Origin: Lenisia limosa
Taxonomy: Eukaryota; Protista; Breviatea
Direction: 5' to 3'
Length of the DNA stretch: 58,352 bases
Assembly: GCA_001655205.1 (NCBI GenBank)
Contig: LPNZ01006560.1
Coordinates: forward strand, 1-58,352
Shown: positions 1-11,100 of the stretch, piece by piece
Position numbering within the stretch: position 1 is the stretch's first letter
Layout of the letters: every line of letters starts with the position of its first letter
Program-made: the position numbers and the translations under genes
The notes under the pieces: model-generated
What the model saw: the letters and a program-made list of their open reading frames with translations, nothing else
Told to the model about the DNA's origin: nothing
The model's database searches: none

Positions 1-3000
1 GTGATAGTGACAGTTTGCTGTTTACTGCTGCGTGGAGTTGTACTATTGAGATTTCCCCTTTAGAAGCTGGTTGGTATTTTTACTTACCCACCTATTTCTT
101 CCCATAAGCCCACAATTTAGGATGTATGAGAGTCTTATGCTGATGTTCCTCGGTCTGTTCTGTCTGGAGCTGCTTGTCAAGCTTGTGGCCCTCGGAAGGG
201 TGGAGTTCTTCTCAAGCGGTTTCAATGTGTAGGCTCCTTGATGTTCTCCTTCACCTCAGACGCTTGCTTCACATTGGTGTCATAATTTTGATATCAAAGT
301 ATCTAATGTGATCTAGGTTCGACTTCTGCCTTGTACTGGTCAATATTACGTTCCTCATTATTGAAAAGTTTTTTGGCAGTAACAGTAAGCGCTCCTTGTG
401 AAACATCAACCTTCACTTCTGGACATGAATGTTTTGAGTTACCATTTTTATAAACCAAAATGAAACGAGTCACATCAGTGATATTATTATTATTTCTATA
501 ATTACTCAGATTTCACATCCGTCTTCCTGACATTCCGGCTGGTTCGGTTCACACGAGCTTTAAGAAGTTTGCGTCTATTATCGGCCAGTTCGAGACTCCA
601 AGTGACGGGGTTTTCCTTTTTCTTTTCATAAACAAACAAATCAAGTGGTATTTATTGACTTTTTGTGAGCCGTTATTTACGGGGCGTTCTAACCGTTTCA
701 GGTTATGGCAGTTACATTCCTTCGGATCATTCCTGCCATCTTAGTCATTGGTAGGTTGTTGCAAGGACTTACGTGGTTTCTGTCAAAGGTTGTTGCAAGG
801 ACTTAGTTGTCAAAGCCATGAACTGCCAAACTTCTTTTCTCCTTACTTTTTGGCTTGAGTCATGCTGAACTATTTACTCTAGCTCAGACAACTTTCTTAT
901 CCCCCCCCCCCAGCTGCCCTGATTATGATTGTGTTCTATTCGTTCAGTATCATTGGCATGGAGATATTCGCGACCACGTTAGACAAGGTTGGTATGCCTC
1001 CTTTCAATAACACTTACACGCAGGTTCCCTCATACAACAACCCTGATGCAAACTTCAACTCCTGGGCTTCTGCCCTGCTCACTCTCTTCCAACTACTCAC
1101 AGGTTCCAATTGGCATGAGATCATGTGAGTTCCTTGGTTTCCATTGTCCCTTTATAATGGTCTTTCTTCCATCTTTGTCACCCCCCCCCCCAGGNNNNNN
1201 NNNNNNNNNNNNNNNNNNNNNNNNNNNNNNNNNNNNNNNNNNNNNNNNNNNNNNNNNNNNNNNNNNNNNNNNNNNNNNNNNNNNNNNNNNNNNNNNNNNN
1301 NNNNNNNNNNNNNNNNNNNNNNNNNNNNNNNNNNNNNNTTCAACTTCATTGGAATCCAGGTGTGTTGATTCCCCACGATTTGGTCAACAACATCCCAGCT
1401 ACACTCACCCAGACACCCGTGATTTTTTTTTTGATTTTTTTTTTCAAAAACCCTTGTGTGTTTTGGTAAATGTCTAATAGATCAGTGTTAAACATTTCCA
1501 TTGTCTCTCAAACCTCTTGTTTCTATTTGAATCTTTTTCTTTGTTGTGGAATTATCTGCATATATTTTGCCATTTTGAACCCCCTCCCCCCCAATGTCCA
1601 CACTGTATCAAATGTTTAGCGAATAGAGTTTTTATTGGTACAAAAGTCTCTTTTCACCATCAAGCTCTTCCTCAATGTTGTTGTTGCCCTAGTGCTGGAA
1701 ACGTTCTTGGCGCAAAAGCAGATTGTTGAGGCCAAGAAGAACGTCATTATTCAGGTACAGGGTCTATTCCGGTTTTTTGGACTTTATTCCTGTTAGTCGA
1801 TTAATGTTTGAGACGTCTTATCTTCAGAGAGGACATTTTACCTACTTTTAATTTTGCTTGTCTTATTTCCCGTATTAACGTCTTTAGGTCTATGAAAACG
1901 ATAGTGATGATGAGGGTGTTAGAGCTCCATCCAGTGGGAGTGGGGATGGTTCAAAGCAATATATCTATTAGATAGAGAGGGCGATTTCACTCACGTGAGA
2001 CCTCTAACATGCCATGTCTAATCCTTGAATCACAGGCGTTCGGTCCACGACGGGAACATTCACCAGCCTCAAAGACGGGAACGCCCCCGCAGCTCCGAGT
2101 GCCACCTCACCTGTCGAAGTCTGGAAGGTTGATTTCAGACAAAGATGGGACTCGAGCGTTTTCCTCAAGGTTGTCCAACATTATAATAATGTTGCTTTTA
2201 TTGCACTCCATTATCAACACTACTATTGCCAACGCCCCTTGCTCAGTTGACGATTTAGTCCGACGGAGAAGGAGACATGGACCAAAACGAGCTTGACGAC
2301 CTCAATCGCGAGTACCGCCAAGTGAGGTCAAGGCTTGGTCTAATTTGCTTTGTTTGAAATGAGCACTACATCTCGTCGTCAATACAGGCAGATAAAACTA
2401 GAGTATATTGCACTTAGTATGTATTATATTAATATTAATAGTTTATTGCCCGGAGCTCTAAGTATTATTATTTTACTATTATTTTACATTCTCAAAATAT
2501 CAATATATTGATCTTTGAACATATTTATTTTCCTTTTGATCTTGATGACAGGTCAATCTCAACACAATGCGGCAGCGTAGAGGGTCATCAATCAACCTCA
2601 ACTCCCCGAACTCGAGTGGTAACATCTTCAGTGTCCTTAAGAGTTCGAGGGTTCCATCTGATGAGGGTATTTGATTTTTCCATGATTTCACCTGTTTGAG
2701 TTGTCGGCCATTCCCAAACTTTTCAAGCACACAGTTCCTCTGACTCTTTTAGGTGCGCGAGACTCTCGAAAAGGCAAAACACCCTCTTCTCATGGCAGTT
2801 CGTCAGATGGCCATCCCCCGAGGGTTCGTTTCTGAGTTATCTGCTTGCTTTTTTTATCTCAGATACATTTTATATTCCCTGTTAACATGACCCCCAGGTT
2901 AATCGCCAGCATTCATCTTTCGCTATTCGAAACCTGGAAACGGGTAAAACGGTCAGCCGAACTTGGGGAATTTGCTTTATGCTATTGCTGTTATACTAAC

Positions 3001-4038
3001 ATACGGTTCTTTTAACTTGTCTAGAAAAACCTCTGGAAAATAGCACGCAGGACTGTACATCAGACAACAAGAGACAGTCTTACTTCAAATGTAAGAATGA
3101 ATACTTTTGTTCAGTGATTTTCCATCTTCCTGACACGAAAAGGAAGACATCGCTCCACCCTTTGCAACAAGGTCAATGTCATCCAAGTAAGACTCGGCCG
3201 TCAACTCCAATATCAACTCATCCATTTCACTTCATAATCATTGTCCAGGTCGGGGCTGGTCGCTCCACCCGTCCCAGCCAGGAGTTCGCTCAAACATGAT
3301 GCCCCCATGATGGACGCGACAGTGTCAATACCTGTGCCTGGTGATGAAGGTTATATTGAGCCAAGCGGCCTGGACCTGACCGATCTCGAGCTGTCTAATG
3401 TGGAGGAGGCCGTAAGCATGGCTTGCTCATATACTACTTTCTCTTTCAGCCTAACACTCCAGAGCGAACTCTCTGAGGAGGAGCTCAGTGAACTTGAAGG
3501 TGAGGACGCTTGTAATGCTGGTGTTGGACATGCAGATACATATATAGTCATATATCAAATGAAGAACACGCATATCTCCAAGTCTCACCCATCTTATAAT
3601 CCAAATGCAAGTGTTTTTTCACAGCCTTGTGATAAGGGGTTGACGAGTGGCTTATTGTGATATCGCCTTCTGGTATCCCAAGTGTGGACATTAACCTTGC
3701 AGACCAAACACCATTTGCTGCAACCCCACAGTCAGTGGCAACTAGATCCGTGCCACCGCAACCATCCATGTTGGTCTCCTCGCCTTCCTACCTTATCCAT
3801 CCACTATGTTATCATATTGACTAAGACCCTCTCTTCCAATGCCCCCAGGACTGTGACCAATGAGAGTGGCGATGAGGGCGATGTGGACTTCCACTCAATG
3901 GACGTCATGGCCGCCAAACGCCTCATTGCGCTGGAGGAGCGCAAAGTCCGACGACGCCAAGCTGCAATGTTGCGCAGACGCAGGCTTGGTGACTTCAGTG
4001 CCCCGTGTGCAGGGGCAAGGAGAAAATGCAGTGGATAA
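1..4038 (+). CDS. Two-pore channel / voltage-gated cation channel, 3' part (last S2-S6 repeat plus long low-complexity C-tail); 5' end lies outside the window
   Basis: Spliced exons give S2/S3 (LFCLELLVKLVALGRVEFFSSGFNVFDFCLVLVN), S4 with five Arg at every third position (FRLVRFTRALRSLRLL, ~510-600), S5-pore (IVFYSFSIIGMEIF...NFNSWASALLTLFQLLTGSNWHEIM, 913-1124) and the S6 end (LFLNVVVALVLETF, ~1665-1705). Acidic and Ser-rich exons follow, with a stop at about 4038. Confidence 0.8.
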
Positions 4039-5155
4039 TTTTATAATAAACGAAATCTCCAGTAGTTCGACCAGAATACGTGAATGAATAGTTACTGTTG
4101 GTTCATCTATTACCTGTTTTTGCCTCGATCCATCCCACCCTCTGTACCCCTTGAATTCATTTTACTATTTATATTTCGGCGGATTTAAGGTGGTCCAGTC
4201 ATTGTTTTATTTTGGCAATCATGTTTAAACCCCAAAAAAATAAAAATAAAATATGTAGAAGCCAAAAACGTCCAAAATTGGAACAACCTTGGAGTCGAGG
4301 AAATGGACAAAAATATTTTTTCTATTCGATGCGATTTTGTTTTTCAAAATTGCACACGGCTTCAAATTAGCAAAACAAAACAGCAACTGAACCACCTTAA
4401 TACCCTATATATATCATATATCATATAATACTTCTCTGTGTGCCATCGCAACCCCCCCTTCCCCTTGGAAAAAATAATTCGAAATTATCACAGCGTGATG
4501 GTGGGAACAGCTCAGCCAAATACAAAACTATTTTTTATTTCTCATCACTATATGATTTGACATGTTGTGGGTTTGTTTACCGGTTAGAGCGAAAGGCCAT
4601 GCCCGCTCAAAGTCAATGCAAGGTCCTGGAAAGAAACCGTAAGGAGGGGGGAGGGGGGGAGTAAACGAAGTTACTTTTAGTATAAACAATTTATAATTGC
4701 GTTGTCTGACTTAACTAGTCTGAAAAGATCGAACACAGATCTCCGTAAAGTGGCTCTATCCTTTCAAACGGTTTGTGTTTGGTTCACTCTTGCACCTTCT
4801 TATACCATTTAGGCAATTCCACACACCTCTCCAATGAAAGACCCGTCAGACCCTCTCCCAGCGCTCCCGGAAAATCAGGCCCGAGGTCAATAATTTGATG
4901 TTCCCTATTTTTGTCTATGGTACTTTGATGTTCGATATTTCTGTTCTCATGATAGGTAACCATCAATACACATGTTAATCAGCTATTGTACAAACACCTC
5001 GACAGTCTATCTTGTTCGATTGGTGCTGGTGGTGGAGGGGCGCGTTCTTCGGGGCTGGAAAAGTCAAAAAGGCTTTTGGCGGTAAATGTTCATATTGACA
5101 GTCTGATAGGAGTATTCAAACTTGGTTTGCCACCTTGTCAAGGGCTTCGTTCCCA

Positions 5156-8100
5156 TCATACCGAACTGCTTTTTTTCCTTCCCTTGCGCTTCTTCTTTGC
5201 GAGCTTCTTCCGTTCACTGTAGCCTCTGAAGACAGCTTGAATTGCCGTTGCGGCCTGAGATAACTTCCAGAAGTAGGCTTGTTGTTGCTAGGAGAGTGAA
5301 CTGAATAGACACCAGAGAGCAAAGAAACATGAACAGCATCCCACCGCTTCCTTCATCATGACAGCCTGCTTCTTTTCCATTATAGCGTCNNNNNNNNNNA
5401 AAGATAAAGAAGAGAAAAAGACAAATCGGCGTACAACATACAGTCCTAGACCTGGCCTCCATCCATAGTATTATCAAAACAGCCGTTACACAGAGTCAAC
5501 ACAAGATGAGTGACTCATGGGTGCCCCTTGGCGAACAGGAGATGTTTAAGGACGTTGTTCCCCTTCCTCAAGATGACGGAGACGCGCCCGTAGTGACAAT
5601 CGCTTACACCGAAAGATGTAGGCTTTAGTTCACTTGAGGGTGGATGGGTTCAAGGGTACTTTCTGAAACACTTCTTATTTTACCACTCAGTTAACAATGT
5701 TATGGGATACTTCCGAGCATTAATCCAAACGGACGAAAAGACTGAGGTGAGAACTGACAAGTGACTCTTTTGAGATGATGTTTTATGTTGTAGCGCATGC
5801 TGCATTTGACAGAAGAAGTTATTGCAGTCAACCCAGCCAACTATTCTGCCTGGTGAGGTAACTCATGTATTTCCGCTTTCAATTTTCCCCGAGTCAGAAA
5901 GTGTTACCCGGAGAATGTGACCCCCCGTTTTTTTTTACCGAAAATGTTTAATCCTCTCTTAACAGCGCAGGCATGTTCGTCGTGAAGTCATGGAGCACCT
6001 GGGTTCCTCGGTGAGTGAGGAGCTGGAGTACACTGAGCTGCTGCTTGAGAGCAATCCCAAGAACTATCAGATTTGGTGGGTGTGTGGCCATCCTACGAAG
6101 CTCTAGCTCAGTATCCTCTGTTACCCCTAAGGCATCATCGTCGGCTGATGGCCAAGAAAATTGGGTCCGGCTCGGAGGAGTTCCGAGTCACTGCAGAGAT
6201 CCTCAAAGAAGACAGCAAGAACTACCATGCATGGGGGCATCGCCAATGGGCTGTTAAAGAGTTCGGCACGTGGCAGTCCGAGCTTGCCTTTGTTGCAACT
6301 ATGCTGAAGGAAGATTTGCGTAACAATAGCGCATGGACTCAAAGGTATGTTGATATGCGTTATTCATAAGAGCTTTGGTGGTTTCTATATTTATTGCCTT
6401 TTTGGTGTTATTTGGAGAGTGTCCATTTGAAATAACCTTGAACCTTGAACTGGAAGACTTTCATAGTACAGTAATACGCCCCTTGTTTGTTTTCAAATCA
6501 CAAGGTGGAATTGACTCCGTGAAATTACTTTTTTGAAGAAAGTAGTTGAAACAATTTGAAACCAAAGTGTTTGGAGCCTTGATTTTTTAAAATATTTTGG
6601 ACTTGAAATCCGCAAGTCCATACAGATTGTGTCTTTGGGGGTTGTAAAACAACAAAAATAAAATTAAAAGTAAGAACTTCTAATGAGTACAGGTACTTTG
6701 TGATAACACAAGGGGAGCGACAAATTCTTGATCTCCAAACTATTCAAAATGAAATTGAGTAAGAGGATGGACTTTCATTGAGTCTTGCACTGTGTTTTTT
6801 CTACCTGTTTGCTTACGATGCAGGTTTGCATTGACATATTTGAAGAAAGCCCCCAACAACGAATGTCCGTGGAATTATATCAAGGGGTATGGCGGTCCTT
6901 CTTATATCAAGGGGTCCTTCTTATATCAAGGGGTATGGCGGTCCTTCTAATAATCATTGGGTTTTTGTCTTCTTTTTGAACACAGTTCACCTTTTCAGTC
7001 TTTGCATCGGACACAGATACTCAAACATTGAGGGACTGAGGAACCTGGTAGAAAAGGTGAATCTTGGCTGACACAAACTGTTAAAACCTTGAATATATAA
7101 ATCAGAATCCTTGTACATGTATAAAGAAAATGACCTCTTAATGTTCCCCAACTTTTTTTTTCAATTTTGAGCAAGTGTCAAAATCCGTGAATTTGGTCTC
7201 CCTGGTGGCCCCTTTTGCCTTTTCACGGGATTTTTTTTTCGAAATTTATCCCTCTTTTAGTGCTAAGAAACAAAAATTTGTACCCCTCGGAGTAATTGGT
7301 TATGGATTTCCCCTTGCTTTGGCTATGTAATGGTGAATTTTGAGAGAAAAATGTTCACAATAGTGCTTTCTACAAGGTCAAACTTTCCCGGATAGTTGCC
7401 ATTTATTCCTTGAATGTGAACAGCATCCCACCGCTTCCTTCATCATGACAGCCTGCTTCTTTTCCATTATAGCGTCTCGCTCCTTTGAAAGCTCTTCGTA
7501 CTTCTTCTCAAGGTCTTCAAGTTGGGCCACTTCTTCCTCGTGGATGCCCTGGGATGTAATATGGGGAGAAGTATAGACTATATAATACAATATTATATTT
7601 ATATAGCAGCTTACTTGTAGTGTTGTGAGCATTGAGTGCTTCTCCTCCATATCACTATCATATTTGTTGATCCAGTTCACAACCTGAAGCAATGAGAAAA
7701 TGAAGTCTGTTGAAGAGAGAGCAATGCCCAAAGAGTTTCTGAATATATAAAGACAATAGTATTGGTAAATTAGAATTGTCCTTTAAAACTACCTATATGC
7801 CATGCGAATACCCTATCACCTCTTGTTCTACACGGACTTTCATTTTCCTTAAAGAAACTTCGGTTTCCAAGTTGGCTTTTGTCACCTACAGAGGTCAGCC
7901 CCTAACAAAAAGACATACCTCGGCCTTGGTTGCTGTCAGCCGGCTGCGATCTTGGGTTAAAGTCACCACCTACTCCGTTAAAAACAAACAAACACCATGG
8001 GTTGTATGTTAGAGTAAAGAAAAAAAAAAAAAATAGAAAAAAAAAAAAAAAAANNNNNNNNNNNNNNNNNNNNNNNNNNNNNNNNNNNNNNNNNNNNNNN

Positions 8101-11100
8101 NNNNNNNNNNNNNNNNNNNNNNNNNNNNNNAAACGGGTAGCCAAGTGAATTAATTTGGGTTTGAGCCAAGAATATGTAAAAATCGCATTTTATCCTGTGA
8201 TTATGACTGAAATTACTTTCGAAAATAACAAGAAAATGAAATTTATAGTACTTTTATAGGGAAAATTCAAGCTGTCCGGGAGTTTTGATATGTCCGGAGC
8301 TTTGACTATAATTATCTATCATATATTTTAAAACTCAAAACAACCCGTTAAAATACGCGTGTTTCTGGATTTGACCACCCAGTTGATGGCCCAGTTCCCT
8401 GCATGCCCACATGCTGTTGCTTTGCTTGTTGACATCTATTCCCAAGGATCTCAAGAAGACGTTTCCAAGGCGAAAGAGGTATGTTGTGCTTCACTGCTTT
8501 ACTCCGTAGCTGGCAATGTCCCTTGCCTCCAACCTCGATCCTCTTCGGGTGAAGTATTGGACTTGGATTGCCGACTCTTTGAAAGGAAAGTAATGGTACA
8601 TAGTTGAAATGTGAGAATTGCGAAATCAAAATAGGAAACAATAATTAAAAGGAAACGTAAGTAAACCATACTGTACAACATAAAGCATTATTTTAACTGG
8701 TGGTCGAGGTGTGACTATGTCCTGGTCTAAAGAGTCAGTTTCAGACCCTTGGAGAGAATACGATTACGGTGCTTATACGCTCAAAAGACCGGGAAATGTC
8801 GATAGCTTTCGAGGATTAATGTCCCTTTTAGTACACCCATGAGGCAACATACGATAGAGGAGGCAGCAGGCGTGGGCCGCGACTGGAGCCGAGACCCCTG
8901 CTGAGTGTGGGGCTTTGGTCTGGCAGGACCAGAGCCGTCGGCTCTGCTAACTCCGCATCAGGAATCGGTGCGGACCTTTCGTCACTTGCACCCTGCGGAT
9001 GTCAGGTCACCTTTTTTATACAGTAACTCACCACTGAGTCGTCAGGCTCGATTACCCGCAGTTCACACACCACTTTGGTGACGTGGCGCTCAGAAGGGTC
9101 GCATTCGTTCAAGTTCGTGGGGTTCTGGATTCCTGATCCGTGAGTCCAGGTATCCCAGGCAGAAGTCAACCTTGAGAGTGGTCGTCAGCCTCCTTGGTCC
9201 GGTTGGATGCTTTGCAATGGCTCGAAGGCGTACATGACCCCTACGATGTCAGTATCTCCAAGACACCCAATACATGCTGATTTAGTAATAGTGGCACACC
9301 AGGACGGGGAGGGAGCTGGAGCTGGAGGTGGTGGCTGATGGGTTGACAAGGATTGCTGCAGAGACTGAATGCAATAAGAGGGTATGATGAAGTTGAGACA
9401 AACCCCCAGCGAGAGGACTTGGGTTGGCTGGTAGATGCTTCGTTGCTGCTGGAAGATGACGATTGGAAGTATCCGACGACGACGAGTTCGCAACCGACGC
9501 CAATGTCCCAGTACTCTCATTGGAACTGCACAGATAAGTTTGAAAAGAGAAGATAGTAAAACTGACATCAGGGGGTTGGTTCTCTCTTGCGATGAACCCA
9601 TGCTGTTTTCAAGAGAACTAAACAGTGAATGGGAAAATCATGACTTGAATTGGAATCGGGTCCTACGTTTTATTCGAAAAGAAGCCCAGAACATTGACTT
9701 TGAACGTGTCAAAGGCTGGAGACACAAAGAAGACTTTTTCGCGGTCCTTCTCAACCCTAGACCATGAAATCTTGCAAAACATTTTTTGAAAGAGTGCTCC
9801 CAAAAAAGATTGCATACTGTTCATCGACAAGCTTAAACAGAAGAGCTCTTTGAGACTGAGTATTCTGACATTCTCGTCTCACAATTTCAGTACACACGAC
9901 ACTTGAAGGGGGCATGGTGAGGTGCTGTCAATGTCAAATACGTCAAAGTGCTACAAGAATACAAAAAGCAAACACTTCAATAAAACAGTATTTGAGCATA
10001 CCAGCGAGTAGCACGTGTTGATTGCATCAGAAGCAACAATGAATTTACTGGAAAGCAACCCACAATAAAGGTCGCCAATATGGACCGCTGCTGCTACCTG
10101 GTGTTGTCACTCGAGTTTTAAGGGAAAGTCCAGAACGTTCAATCACCCAACCCAGTTCAACAACGCAGCAACAGGCTCCCCTCACCTCAATATCGCGGAT
10201 ACACGAAGATTGCGATACTTTTACTGCGGCGTCCACGATCTCGAGAGCCAATAGACACATGTGGGCGGCCACGTTTGGGGAAGGCTTGAACAGACCGCTC
10301 AGGATCAAGATTTCGCAATCCGTGTTGTCAACTAATTATGATAAAATGTAACAGTCTCGGCCACTTACGTTTGAAGGCATAATGGCGGTCGAGAAGATGG
10401 CCTAATTCCCTGGAACATGAAAAACACTTGAGAGGGAAGGGAAATATACTCGTCAAACTTCTCGAGAAGGAACATGACTTGAACCGGTTGAAGGGAGTGG
10501 CTCAGTCGAGCAAAGTCCGAGATTCCGGCAACGACAATACCGCAGTTATCAACCTTGTCGTCCACATTGCTACCAACCTAACCAGATGAGGGAAGACAGT
10601 TTCGAGAATGCCTACTCGCATTTTTTCGAGAATTTCTGGCGGGAGCATTCGAGAGGCAAGCACCTATGATGTCAAAAAAAGAAGTCAAATACCCCCCNNN
10701 NNNNNNNNNNNNNNNNNNNNNNNNNNNNNNNNNNNNNNNNNNNNNNNNNNNNNNNNNNNNNNNNNNNNNNNNNNNNNTTGGCTTCGATGCGACTGAGAAG
10801 CTGGTTGACATTTCGGCCTACATCTTCAAATACAAAGGCCAATAGTTGTTCAACATATCACATATTACAGTCCAAGTTTGAACAAATGAGATAAAGTTGA
10901 CCTCACCAAATCCTTTACACCATCACAGCTGTAATACTGAATATGATAGTAGTGAGAAAAGGAGACAAGGAATATTATTTTTATAGTCCATCATACCCAT
11001 GTTTCCAAACTCATCATTCGTGCTAGCGCGAACTCTTCTTGAAAGGGTTTTCAGTGCTGACACCGCTGAAATCTGAACAGTAACAAAGCAGTGTCATCTT

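Noticed and set aside
4440-5100. Short ORFs between the channel gene and the DRC10 3' end
   Set aside because: No consistent exon chain or motif was found; this is most likely UTR or intergenic sequence, possibly with an alternative last DRC10 exon.
8850-9020. GC-rich hairpin cluster followed by a T-run, resembling a Pol III ncRNA or ribozyme
   Set aside because: On the minus strand it is an open exon (GASDERSAPIPDAELAEPTALV...) bounded by a GTGAGT...GCAG intron of the cyclase-like gene. No SRP, RNase P/MRP or hammerhead (CUGANGA) core is present.
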